Part shown: in pieces, positions 12,183-25,543 of the stretch
Layout: each line of letters opens with the position of its first letter
Numbering within the stretch: the first letter of the stretch is position 1
NCBI GenBank assembly: GCA_043228905.1
Contig: JBHGNT010000015.1
Span: 19,406,001-19,470,000 of the forward strand
Reading direction: 5' to 3'
DNA length: 64,000 nt
Origin: Azolla caroliniana
Taxonomy: Eukaryota; Plantae; Polypodiophyta
Notes under the pieces: generated by a model
Databases searched by the model: none
What the model was told of the DNA's origin: nothing
The model's input: only the letters and a program-made list of their open reading frames with translations
Translations under genes and position numbers: made by a program

Positions 12183-13389
12183 GAAAGGTGGGGGACTTGT
12201 TTCCATAAGTATCCATGAACAAACATCTGTCCTCTAGTATGTTTTGGCATAAAGACGTCACTAAAATGTGCCAAAGGTAAGCGAAAAATAATCTTGGTTT
12301 GCAAAAAGCACATGAGCATATACTATAATACATTTTTCTTGTTAAGTGATAAACCTCACCTCAAGCTATTCCTCGTACTTGGGTTGTGGATTGTGGGCAC
12401 AATAACGTTAGTATTGTTGTAAATGAGTTAGCCAAATCCTTAATTAAGAATAGATGATGAAGAATCAGGATAGGAAATGCAGGTGAATGCATCACTCTTA
12501 GTATGCTGATAACAAACTTACCTTAGAAACTAAGGCACTTGCGTGGTAAGGTCCATTCACCTTTGTAAATTAAACAAAATATATCCCAATAAATAAATAA
12601 TGAGACATCATGTAAATAAATAAAACAAATAAAGAGGCAATAAAAAAACTGAATAAACAAGACTTACACAAATAAAAATTACAAATCAAAATAAAGTTAT
12701 ATCTTCCCTTGTGGGATCCTACATGTGATCCTTTGAATATGTGTTATGTAATTCCCTAACTTCCTTTGATCATTAATTGCATATTTGGATGCTGAAACTA
12801 TATTGACACCTTATTGATCTAGTTCCTATTCAGATTTGGTGCTTTTGCTTATTCGAGTATGTCTATGAATTCAATGTTGAATTAATTTAGATCCTTCTAT
12901 AGATGCGTGTGATAATGACAAGTGTACTACAATGGGTATAAATACAAGTATACTATGATTGGTATAAATACTTAGGAAATCTAGTTGTGAAAACCCAAGT
13001 TGAAGAAGAGATGGATATAATAGTGGTTCTCGTAGTTTGGGCAATTGCATTGGGAGGATCTCAGCATGAATGGATGGAGCATTCCCTTTTTTCAGCGTAG
13101 ACTTTACTGTGGTGCAAGAAGAGGACGTTGACCAACGTCAAGTTAGTGACTTGATGGAATGGGTTGATCAAGCTCATGATTAACATCACCGTCAACACGA
13201 TCATAGTGAACGAACACGTGTCCTCTTCATTTGATAGCCATCACCATAGCACACTCCAATCCCACTTAGAAAAGGACCTCCATTATCTCCATTGGGGACA
13301 TCTCCAACAAACGTACCAATGAGCTCCCAAGAAAGATACCAACCACGAGCAAGAGGATGCTAGTTTTTTCCATTGGCTCAGATTTTGGT

Positions 13390-13539
13390 CACTTTGAGTA
13401 CTCTTGAACACTGAAAGTTTGTAGAATTTTGTGGGATTTTTACTCACAGTGAGGTTTCCCACTTGTAACAAGGTTTTGCTAACACACACACACGCACTCA
13501 TGCATGCGCAGACACACACACACATGCACACACACACGT

Positions 13540-13593
<54 letters not shown>

Positions 13594-13805
13594 ATTAGTC
13601 CAATGGTTCCAAGCAAGAATCCATTCCACTATTTACTTACTTTGAGTGCTCTTGAACACTAAAAGTTGGTAGTGTTTTGTGGGATTTTTACTTCACATTG
13701 AGGTTTCCCATTTATAATAAGGTATTGCTCATAAACATACACATTAGGAGGGATTAGTCCAATGGTGCCAAGCAAGAATCCATCACAATATTTACTTACT
13801 TTGAT
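13390..13805. repeat. Diverged tandem duplication containing a (CA)n microsatellite (13482-13591)
   Basis: TTTGAGTRCTCTTGAACACT...GAGGTTTCCCA occurs at ~13393 and ~13641. ATTAGTCCAATGGT.CCAAGCAAGAATCCAT occurs at ~13594 and ~13753. Confidence 0.85.
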
Positions 13806-13949
13806 CATACGAGGGCCAAGTGAGTTGACAATGTTGAGCTTTCAACTGAACGTGAACACAAGGCCAATGATGAAAACTATGATTAATGATAGCGTTGGGA
13901 CATAATGCATGATGCAACGGCAACTCCATAGATTACGATGGTTTGCCTT

Positions 13950-14920
13950 ATCAATATTGAAACCTAGAATTTGCCCTATGGTCTTGCACCCTATGGTTTT
14001 GTACGAGCATCCAAACCATCAGCCGTAAGCACTTGTTTATTTGAATATTGTCATGTCTTATCATATAGAAGCATGCATGCATGCACGTTAACAGAACCTC
14101 ATTAGGCCAATATTTTACTATTGTTGTTGAGAGGACATATATAGATACATAAGAGCGAGTTACAGTCCCACAATATGTTCTTCGTTTTTTGAGTCTTTTA
14201 ATTTTCCACATAGGTAGTTTTCAAGAAAATAGTTGTGTTTTTCACACATACTACTAGTAATAGACAAGCATGTTTGAGGTGATTCATTAGTCCAAAGATT
14301 CTTCTAGTTGCATAATCACTACATAGATTATCATTTTTGTCTTGTTATACAAGAGGTAGGATGAATAAACTCTTCCTATTGTAGTGCCATTTTATGATTC
14401 CTAGAAACTTGTCTACTTGGCATTCACTTGTGTTTCCATCATGATGGCCTTTATTTTTTTGCTGCAATGAGAATTCCTTCTTTTGACACAATATGCCTTG
14501 GCAAGGTTATTGAATGTACCACAAATGCACACTTCTCATGGATAAGTTTCATTCAATTTGGTTTCTTGGCAACAACTTTAGACAAAGCTTAATTACATTT
14601 CCTAAATGCATGTCTTATGAATCTACTATACAATGTTCACAAATACATTCACGAATTCTATTAAATAATCATAAAAACTTTCGAAAGTTGCATGTACAAG
14701 CTATAACTAGATCACCACCATTCCATTAAAAAAATACGGTTTTGTCTTCATTGGAGAGAGCCATTTTCAATTGGCACAAGTTTTGTTGATCTCTTCTTCA
14801 CAAACATGAGGCAATTGCATCATGCAATAATTGTTTTGTCTTCTTATCGTTGCTTTCTTGTGTTTGCAATACTTGGGATCAATGCCTTCTACATCTATAT
14901 ACATTTGCGTGAACACAAAG
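13950..14920 (-). mobile_element. Highly degenerate Ty3/gypsy RT/RNase H remnant
   Basis: Minus-strand fragments EGIDPKYCKHK, EEEINK and HEKCAFVVHSITLPRHIVSKEGI resemble the gypsy RT consensus (LNPEKCAFxVxSGxLLGHIVSKEGI). Many stops. Confidence 0.6.
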
Positions 14921-15990
14921 GATGTAAATCTTCAACTTGCTTGGGGGGGGGGGGGGTGTTCCTTAGAGGTCAAACATAAAAACCTATCTCTACACTAGCA
15001 CGATTGACATTAGCTTGTTCGATTAGTTCATAATTTGTGATTGTATTTGATTAAATAATATAATGGCTTAAAAGCTCTAACTTTTGTTTTCTAAAGAGAT
15101 TGTTCATTACCAAAACTTGAACATTGCATTGTAGAGGAGGATATCTAAGTTGATCTCCCGAATCCAATTGGGTTGCCAGTCTCTAGTTCTAGCTCGATAA
15201 ATCCTTGATATCATAGACATCATGTTGGGTAGTAAAGTCTACAAGTGACAAAGTCTTTGAATTGGTATAGATGAACATGTTGAGATTTATTGTTTTTGAA
15301 TGTTGGATATCTTGAAAGTGTGATCGTTTGGATGGGTGAGATACTTCATTTTTCTTATTAGCAAATGCAAATTCAAAAGAATTAAAATAACAAGAAATGT
15401 AAATTACTCATCCAAAATCTTAGAAGTCTTTACACATAATGTGATAAGATACATTTAATGTACGCTTCATGTTTGCAATCTATTCTTTTGACTTACAACA
15501 CATTTGCAGGATAAACTTCCTTGGAGGTCAAATGCACAATCTTGTGTCTACTCTAGCAAGGTTGACATTAACTTGTCTGATTACCTCCTCGTCTATAATT
15601 GTATTTAATAAAATAATATGAATGACATAAACGTTCCAACTCTTATTCTCTAAAGAGATTGTGTGTTAGCAAAACTTGATTTTGCTAAAGGTTGCAGATG
15701 AGGATATCTAAGTTGATCTCCTAACTCAAAAAATCCTTGATACCATTAACATCACATTGGGTTATACACTCCATGGGCAAGACAAAGTCTTTGAATTGGT
15801 ATAGATGAACGTGTTGAGCATTTATTGTTTTTGAATGTTGGATATCTTGAGAGTGTGTTTGTTTGGATGGTGAAATACCTGAGTTTTCTTGTTAGCGAAG
15901 GTTAATTTAAAAGAATTAAAATAGCTTTTAGTCTATTGGAAATGTAAACAACTTGCTGAAAATCCTATAAGTCTTTTACACATCTCATGT
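14920..15990. repeat. Diverged direct duplication, 2 x ~550 bp
   Basis: Shared blocks TTCCTTRGAGGTCAAA, CTAAAGAGATTGT, GAGGATATCTAAGTTGATCTCC and GACAAAGTCTTTGAATTGGTATAGATGAAC occur at ~14960-15440 and ~15517-15980. Confidence 0.9.
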
Positions 15991-16081
15991 TTAGTTATAT
16001 TTAATGTAATATAATGCATGCGGCCAATTTTCTTGTAACCTACAAGTTACAACATATTCTCACATCGTGATATGTGCATAT

Positions 16082-16150
16082 ATATTTATGAATGAGCTAG
16101 TGTATGTATGTATTTATATATATACATAATACTAGTTCATTCATAAATAT
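16082..16150. repeat. Short inverted repeat (MITE-like hairpin)
   Basis: ATATTTATGAATGAGCTAGT...ACTAGTTCATTCATAAATAT, with near-perfect ~20-bp arms and a TA-rich loop. Confidence 0.7.
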
Positions 16151-17517
16151 TGAGGACAAAAACACGTCCATTGATATAAGTTAACTTCAACATTAACATG
16201 CTTTAATTTGGAAATGGGGAGGGATACATATTCAAGAAAACGAGTAGAAGTCGGGATGAAGAAGTCGTATAATGTGATAAAAATACAACGCATTGGATTT
16301 GCAAATGGATGAAATCACAAGCTAGTGAAAATGAGCTAAAGTCAACTTGGTGTCTCGATAAACATGTCCCAAAATGTGGTACAAGTACAATATATTGGAT
16401 TTGTGGAAGCCTTGTAAAGTCATGAGATGCTGGACATGTTTTCCACTGCTTTTAGGTAGTTAAGCATCGCCATATCTTGATAAGATCCATCATGTGGAAC
16501 TTATGATGCAACTCGACAATGGAAAGTGCCTTTTATTTGTCAAAGTTGTAGGATCTAAAACCAAAACATTTGTTTCAATGAACAAAAAAGCTACACATAT
16601 AATAATAACATAAGAGTGTTAATTTAGAGACAATGTCAAAGGGAGTCAATGTGTTTCCACCATCATTTCATGCTTTTGCTAGAAAAGCAGGAGGAAACAG
16701 TTGCAGGAGTAGCGGAAAAAGCACGATACGCAAAATAAAGGCATGTGATATCTACACGCACATAGATGTGTAGACGAACATATATGCACTCAAGGCAAGC
16801 AGGAAGACATACGAGGGAGTGGGGTGACAAAGATAATTAGAGGAGTATGATGCACGTGTATAGTTACGTATGGATACACATGGAGATATCGAGATCAAAG
16901 AGTGACATAAGGTTTTTATTTTTTTACATTGTTTAGTTGCAGATATGTATATATTTATCGTGGTGGGATCGATAGATATAGAAAGAGGTTGGAACAAACA
17001 TTTGTGGAGATCTAAACTACCTACAAAACTACCCTTTTCATTTCTGTGTGTTGGTTTTTGTTTGTGATGATAATGATGAAACCAAAACAAAAAAGAAGAA
17101 GAAGAAGAAGAAGAAGAAGAAGAGAGAAATCCAAAAGAGTATGAAGAGTAGGAGTTAAAAGGCCATGGGAGGCTTGGGAGTTGGACAGGTGTGAAACGAA
17201 GGGTTGTGTCCGGACAAGTGTAAAAAGGACGGTGGGGGGAAGTCCATTGGACACCCTACACTACCAACTCTACACATTCTTTAGTGGAGGAACCCAAAAG
17301 AGTCTCCAAAAAAACACAAACGAAGAAACCAACCCAAGCCCACTATTTTTTTTGTCCATGAACAAGCCACTTTTATGAGAAGACATTCATCCACTCAACA
17401 GCCCTTGCATAGTATCCATTCACACTCTTAACTCAATTCAATTCAATTCAATTCAATTCAATCAAATTCTAATCATTTAGCAATTGGTTGGTTGGTTCGC
17501 CCATTTGATTGTTGGGT

Positions 17518-20500
17518 ATGAGCAAGTCCAGGAGATCCATTGCCAATGATCTCGCCGCCCCCAATAATCCGAACCTTGTTCGCATCCACGATGATTCCGA
17601 CAACGATAACCGCCCCAATCACGACATGATCGGGGCGGCCGATTATCTTTGCTTGCTTGATGGCCTCCTAATCAAACCCGGATCTCCGGCCGCCCGTAAC
17701 GATCCCAACAAGAAGCCGTCGCGCCTCGGTTTCTTGAGGAATTCCATGTGTTTCCTGTTCTTCGGCTTGAGCATGATCATGGTCTACTTCATGACCAGCT
17801 GCATTGGCTCCGAGTTCGTGTTCATCGAAGACCAAGATAAAGAGTTGCCGGGATCATCGATGACTACGACAACTGCTACTTCGATGGTATGAGAAACTAA
17901 TCAAATAGTGAATCATGTGCCGGAATTCCGATCAAATCTTCGCATGAATTTGCGATCAATTCTCGCAATATATGTGATTAGAATCAATCAATCAATCAAT
18001 CAATCATAGATACATACATACAAACATTGCATACATACATAACATCCATCCATCCATCCATACATACATTCACACATACATTTCTCTGTTCTGGTTGGTT
18101 TACATCCATCCATCCATCCATCCATACATACATATATACATACATTCACACATACATTTCTCTGTTCTGGTTGGTTTGTGTACAGGATTTTGTGCTGCAG
18201 AGGTTAGAGATCAATTATGCACGAGGGATGGGCGGCGGCGGTGGCCGGGATGAGCGCCCATTTGAGGAGGAGAAGGAGAAGGAGAGGGTATATGGACGTG
18301 TTCACACTAGGACAAGTAGGAGGAAGTCAGACTGGGATGATGGTAGGCGGACATTCGAGAAGTTAGCGGGAAATGCGCGTCGTGTTCGCACTACGACAAG
18401 TAGGGTGAGCTCGGGTTGGGATGAGAGTGATGGTGGTGGTGCTCATGATGATAATGGGCGGACATTTGAGGGCCCAAATGAACCATTTCGCACTCCCACT
18501 AGGGATGATGGGCGGACAATTGAGGATAGAAATGGTCCGTTTCGCACTCCCACTAGGAGCTCGGTTGGGGATGGTGATTGGCGGACATTTGAGGAGGGAG
18601 ATGGGCATCGCGTTCACACTAGGATGAAGAGCTCAAGTTTGGATGATAATGTGCGGACATTTGAGGTTGGAGATGGGCATCACGTTCACACTAAGACGAG
18701 GAGCTCAAGTTTGGATGATAATGTGCGGACATTTGAGGTGGGAGATGGGCATCATGATCAAACTAGGACGAGGAGCTCACATTTGGATGATAATGCGCGG
18801 ACATTGATGGGAGAGAGAGATGGGCATGTTCACACTAGGACAAAGAGCTCAAGTTGGGATGATGCTGAGCGGACACTTGAAGAGGACGAAGATGGGCGCT
18901 TTCACACTATGTCCAATCCTTCTTCGCCTTCTCCCGCCCATAATAACGTGAAATATCGCCCATGTAGTAGTACTACTCCTACTCTCCGTCCTCGTCAAAG
19001 TAAGTTCCGATATTTTTATACTTATTGTTTTTATTGTTTTTATGTTTATCCTCTTGGTGTGTGACTTTGAAATATGTATGTGTGTATTCTGGTGAATACT
19101 TGACACGTTTCGGGTAGTTTCGTTTTTCTCCCCTCCTGGATTTTTCCTTTATATTTGGGTAGCATGACCTTTCTAAAGTTCATGACTGATTTCTAGACGG
19201 AGGGTGCCTTGTCAAACCCTTATGAGCATTGCTTCACCCGTTTTAGTTTCCTTTTTACGATGTCCTAATCAACCATTATGAGGCTCTCCATTGTTGTTTT
19301 CCTTTATATTTGGGTAGCATGACCTTTCTAAAGTTCATGACTGATTTCTAGACAGAGGGTGCCTTGTCAAGCCCTTACGAGCATTGCTTCACCCGTTTTA
19401 GTTTCCTTTTTACGATGTCCTAATCAACCATTATGAGGCTCTCCATTGTTGTTTACAAGTGATATACGAAAAAAAGTAAATATTGCAATGTCATAAACGA
19501 TGTCCTAGATCAATCAATAAGAGTCTTTATGAAGAGTGTTGGCGAAGAATAAACCATGAATAAAGTTGCTCTTAAGTAATCAATGTGAATCATCATGCAA
19601 ATGTCCTAATTTGATTCCCCCATTAAGATGCATCATAAAGAATCTTATTTGTAGTACCAAACTTTTAATCCCCCAATAAGATGTCTAAATTAACGCCAAC
19701 AAGAATATTTATTTATTACGATCAACACTTGTTGGTTTGAGCTCCAAGTGACCGTGGGTTTTTGGCTGTAACAATAGAACCACCAACAATAGCAACATTG
19801 ATTAGATGGGAAACTTCATTGTTGTTTCAGGTTCCATTGTCACACCCACAGTTAAGACAAAAGTTTCAATTTAGGATTTAAGATGATGCTTGTACTTGTT
19901 GTTAATAGACTCTTTTGAGAAATCCATTGTGTTTGATGCCCATTATTATATAGCACATGGACACCATTGATTTTATAATTACTATACCCATCTTATAGAC
20001 TACATTTGATAGCTTTGTATGTCGGATTGTTGACATGTATAATATGTATAACTATTTACGTAGTAGACTTAAAGTGGGAATTTTATTAATTCTGATGCAC
20101 TTTTCTAAGTCACATGTCACCTCATCAATTCACGGTTTGATAGCTACCAATGGTCACATTGATGCCATATAGTTATCAATGTTCACATTGATGTGAGAAG
20201 AATATGTTTGTGACACCATCTCTTGATTGGACAAAGTGCCTGCTGATGTGACAATTCTCATGTTTCATACATGTGTACATTTCCATGCTAAGGGCATTAC
20301 CTAACCATTTTTCGTTGCGAAAGACCGTCAATGACTACTAACCCTTTATACACAATAACATATATATTTTAATTGTTGAGTATAAACTTAAAAGTAACCT
20401 CAAAAGTCTACATACATGTAGGGTCACCCAACGAGACTAATGGGTATCTTGTTGTGAGTGCAAATGGTGGTTTGAACCAAATGCGAAATGGGGTAAGTAA

Positions 20501-23500
20501 TTTAATGCACATTATATTCCATTCAAATTTTTTATTAAAACTACACTTAAAACATCAATATAATATCTCTCACTAATATCACCCATTGCACTTTTAACAG
20601 ATTTGTGACATGGTTGCCATTGCGATGATCATCAACGCCACATTTGTGATACCTCGATTAGATCACAATTCATTTTGGGAAGATACAAGGTACGAGGAAG
20701 TAATTTTCACAAAAGATGTACCACAGGATGCTATCATAATACTTCGTTGCAGTTTGCAGAAACAATAGAGCTTGCTTTGAGATGTATTCTAACGTTGAAT
20801 GATTTATGTTGGCTTCTTCCAGTGAATTTAAAGACATTTTTGATGTAAAACATTTTATAACCGCATTGGAGCAATATGTGCCAGTGGTTGAAAATTTGCC
20901 TGAGGCATTGGTGACACAAGAACCTACACGGAAAGCACCCGTGTCTTGGTCCAAGGTAAGACTTCAATAACATGGATTGTCACAAAGTAATATAAACTAT
21001 TTAGGATAATTTTCATGTAAATATCGTATGACTAAGAGAGACATGGGACTTATAAATGCTTCGTTTTTTTTTGTTCTTCTTATTCACATAGAGCTCTTAT
21101 TACAAGAAGCAAATTCTACCAATTCTAAAGGAACGTGGTGTTGTTCACTTTTCTCACACCGACTCTCGTCTAGCGAATAATGATGTCCCTGCTTCTGTAC
21201 AACGGCTTCGTTGCCATGCATGCTACAATGCTCTAAAATTCACAAAATCCATCGAAGACCTCGGTGCTAAACTTGTGGATAGAATGAAGTTGGGTAACCA
21301 ACAATATATTGCACTACACTTGAGGTATGCCAAATGATTTTCTAGGTAAAAGTTATAGGTTAACTAAAATTTGAGGTATATGCCAACCATTCTCACATGT
21401 CTATACATAAATGCTACACATTATCATTAATAATATAAACATTAGAGAGTCCAAAAGAATTGTGATGCAAGGGAACTATTGAAAAAGTCTTAAAAACACA
21501 TACGAACCAAGTATGCTCATAAAATTCTTGGTGGGAATTATTGCACTTGTTACCATTTTTAAGTTACGCGTATATTATCATATTGATGTAGCACTATTCA
21601 GTAAACAAACATCGACGAATTTCAACGCCAATGAATTACTATGACACAGTGTAAGGATTGTGCGGGATATGTTATCATATTAAGGAAAATATATTAAATA
21701 TCCTCCATATATGGGGGGTAATATCGAGAATTCCCTCGTATTTTTCATACTACAAAAATGATCCCTAGGCAAAGATGGAAATGTCTTCTTTTCTTAAGCC
21801 GAGTCCCTATTAAAAGCAAAAAAAGTAAAATTGAATTGTGTAGTTAAGGTTGGGGCTCAAAGCAATTAGCTTGCACTACAATTAGTTTGACCTAAGTACA
21901 TTATTGTAATTACGTCGAATTGTTGCGTGGTAATCCAATTAGGTTGTCTCAAAATTTAGTTAAACATTTGCTTTACTACCTTAAGTGGTGCACCCCACTT
22001 TTTCGGCATTTATTAAGGTCAATAAAAAATACGCCATACTTTGTCTTCAGTTTGGCCAAAGGTAGTTTTCATGTTATGAACACTATTGCGGGGCTACAAT
22101 CAATAGTATGTACACCAAAGAGTTATTTATAACATTTTCTCTATTTTCAATTGAGACATTTCCAATGTAATTCGATGCACTTGTGCATTTGATACAGTAC
22201 AACAATGTTTTTAATGTTGTGGAAGTGTGTGTCGGTGGATTTAGTGCTAAAAAGTGACGGTGAAATTATTTGAAAGAGTTTGGTATCTTGTTGCTAGCTC
22301 TAGTTTCATGCCACACAGTGTGAACTCCACATTAGATGAGGCAAGCCACAACACCATGAGATATAATCTCATCTTGTGTGTCACTTACACTTTATAGACA
22401 TCTCCCCTCCCCACTTCACTCATGATCCCTTATGTCTTTCCATGTGCCACCTTTCTCTTCATTCATCTTACCCATACCCATCACGTCTACACTTTTCATG
22501 TACAAATATGTGCACAAGGACGTCAAGAAAAACATCTCAACCTGGCATTATCTCAGTATGGACCACAAAAATGAGACTAAAATTTTCCTTCACCACACAA
22601 TAAGGATTGTCATGAAAAGAGCTTTATCACAAACAACTAAATACAAGCGTAGGAACACCTTTCATCCTTTAATACAATGGCCAATAATACATGAGTTCGG
22701 TCAAATTCCACTTAAAATGGCTAAATCACTTTAAGATTTGACAATGAAGCATGAATTTAAATAAATATATTAATCAACTGTTTCTTGTTGTGTAAGATTT
22801 GGCATTACTATTGTGTACTTGGAAACAACACATATGATGTGAGAACCCATAATGAGAACTAATGGTGTACAAAATATGCCACAAGTCTTACAAAATTCAT
22901 TGATTAAAAGTGAAGTTAAATATTGCAAAAGATGGACAAAATAATGATGTATGAGATGTTTGTGTGACATGTGAACAGGTATGAGAAAGACATGTTGGCA
23001 TTTACCGGGTGTTCACATGGCTTGATTGATGCGGCTGTATCGGAGTTGCGTGAGATGAGACAAGGAGTCCCGCATTGGAAAGAGAAAGATATTGATGGAG
23101 AAAAGAGACGGTTAGAAGGTGGTTGCCCGTTAACACCACATGAGGCAGCACTTCTCCTCAAGGCCCTTGGTTATGAGAGGCATACCACACGTATCTACAT
23201 TGTGGCAGGGCCCACCTTTGGGGGTCATGCGACCCTTGCTCCATTGCGCACAGAGTTCCCGTACCTCTTCACTCATGTTGATTTGGCGACAACGTCGGAG
23301 CTTGCACCCTTCGCCCAGTTTCACAACCGATTAGCAGCACTTGATTACTATTTAGCCCTACACAGTAATGTGTTTATCCACACATTCGATGGCAACATGG
23401 CACGTGCCCTCCAAGGGCACCGAAGGTTTCTTGGACACTTGAAGACAATAAGCCCTCATAGGTTGGTCTCCCTCTCTCTCAGTCTCTAGTGTGTGTACTC

Positions 23501-23988
23501 ATAAACACATGCATCTATATAAAATTTCATATACACATGCGCACACATAAAATATGTATTTAACCCTTGGCCATGCATACAATAAGAATTGCTATAGCTT
23601 CTATATATATGTATGTTAGACATTATTCTCAAAGGTCAGTAGTTATGCAATCTTTAGCCTACTAACTATGAAGGGCTCACCAAATATCATTTTGTCTATT
23701 GAGTCCAAGGTTTATGTTACTTGTGCATGAACATCAACAACAATCTTGTTTAATTTGCATCATCTTGAATCATTCAAAACTTTTTCCAGGAAAGGTTTGG
23801 TGAAGCTTGTGGATAGTCTTGAACATGGAAACATGACATGGACAATGTTTGAAATTAAAGTGCGATTGTTGCATGACAAGAGAGTGGGAGCGCCTGAGTT
23901 GCGGCGCAAAGGTGATTCACCAAAGTCTGAAGAGAATTTCTATGCAAATCCATATCCGGGATGCATTTGTCGATATGAAGGCTCATAA
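17518..23988 (+). CDS. O-fucosyltransferase family (GT106, FRB1/RRT-like) Golgi type II membrane protein, 8 exons
   Basis: Exons ~17518-17886, 18186-18999, 20422-20492, 20601-20689, 20823-20956, 21092-21324, 22979-23461 and 23790-23988, with GT-AG introns. TM helix in exon 1. Motifs [102 protein letters not shown] and [14 protein letters not shown]. Confidence 0.95.
18330..18910 (+). repeat. Coding tandem repeat (~8 units of 19-28 aa) in exon 2 of the fucosyltransferase gene
   Basis: Consensus DDNxRTFExGDGHxVHTRTRSSSx; DNA motif GGATGATAATGTGCGGACATTTGAGG. Confidence 0.9.
19142..19455. repeat. Near-identical intronic tandem duplication, 2 x ~156 bp
   Basis: TTTTCCTTTATATTTGGGTAGCATGACC...CTCTCCATTGTTGTTT occurs twice with only a few substitutions. 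Confidence 0.95.
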
Positions 23989-25543
23989 ATTATACATTTA
24001 CATCCTTCATCACATGAGAAACTTTGTCATATTGTCCTTTGCTCGGAGCAAAGGATGGAGGCTACATTTTTCTGGTGAAAGTCACTTTCTTAGTGATCTA
24101 GCGTATATCCTTAACCTCTTTAACATGTAAAAATTAGCCCATCTTATAGCCTAGATTAAAATATGTAACTTCACATTTGTGTATCATATGAAGGCAAATA
24201 AAACACAATTTTATAACAAGGTGCAAACCAACGTTGTGTGCATAATCTCCTAGGAATATGAAAATAGATAATAGAAACAAGAATCCTAATAATAATGAAA
24301 TAATTGATAAATATGTATTCAAGCACTCTTAAGTATACTGACAAAGGGGTTTTACCTAAATATGCAAATCCACATAGGGGATATAGCACGATGTAATCAA
24401 GAGACCATTCCAGTCAAAATAGAGAGGTTAATAACATCTTTTCCCTCACTTGGGGGCACACAATATATTTAAACATGTCAATTCAAAAGAATGTGAAGAT
24501 CAGAAAAGCTATAGACAATGGGGGCTTTCATTAATGAATGACACACTTGATGTTCCAAGGCCCAACAACAAATCCTACTTAATGTCACAACCTGAATCCA
24601 TTTAGATATGCAATGTGCACCACTTGACTATGAAATTCCTCAACATGGAATGATTGATTGACGCCAATACTAATTACCAAAAAAGACATTTCTATGTTTC
24701 ATTGAACAAGAACTTGATCAATTGTAATGAATTTATCAAAGAAAAACTGCTTGTTAGGGAATGGTTTTTGTACGAACAATATGTGTAATCATGTACATGG
24801 AAAGTCCATGTTTTTGTTGAATATCAACACAATGTTGATTTAGACTAAATATGAGAGATGTGCAAAATGTAGTTGTGTGATATATGAAAGCTAAAAAAAA
24901 CTCAAATGTATCCACACATTACCATCATGTTCAAAGAGTTATTGTTATAATTGCACTACAAGGTTGATTTGAGACCCATTAGGATTGCCATAATAAGTCA
25001 CCTCAAAATATTATTGTTTTCAATAGTTTCCATCTATGCATATATGGTACCAACAATAATTCTTCGAGTATGAAAAACAACAATTATTCTTCATATTATA
25101 CATTCGTAACAGTCAAACGATATTTACTTGAGATACTTTGGAACCAACTCAGCTTACACAATGAACATAGCTTTAGTGTGACCAACTTAGCTCATAGAAA
25201 GACCAACTTAACGTTAGTGGGACCAGCTTAGCTCAAAGAAGGGCTAACTTAGCTTTAGCGATTATATTTTTACATTATGAAAGATCTGAATGGTCTTTCA
25301 TACACAGGCTTACAAGCATCTTAAAACATCTAATCAAACATTGATACACTAGTACAATGGAGTAATAATAGATGATTATCCAACTATGTTCATATATAAA
25401 TGAACATATAGGCACCTAGATTGTGGTGTGTAAGAAGCCATAAAACACCATTGGTAGTGAGTTCAAGGTAAAAACAAAATACAAGATTTTTAATGCAAAC
25501 TAAACAAAATAAATTTATACAAACGTTGCCCAACAACTAGTCA

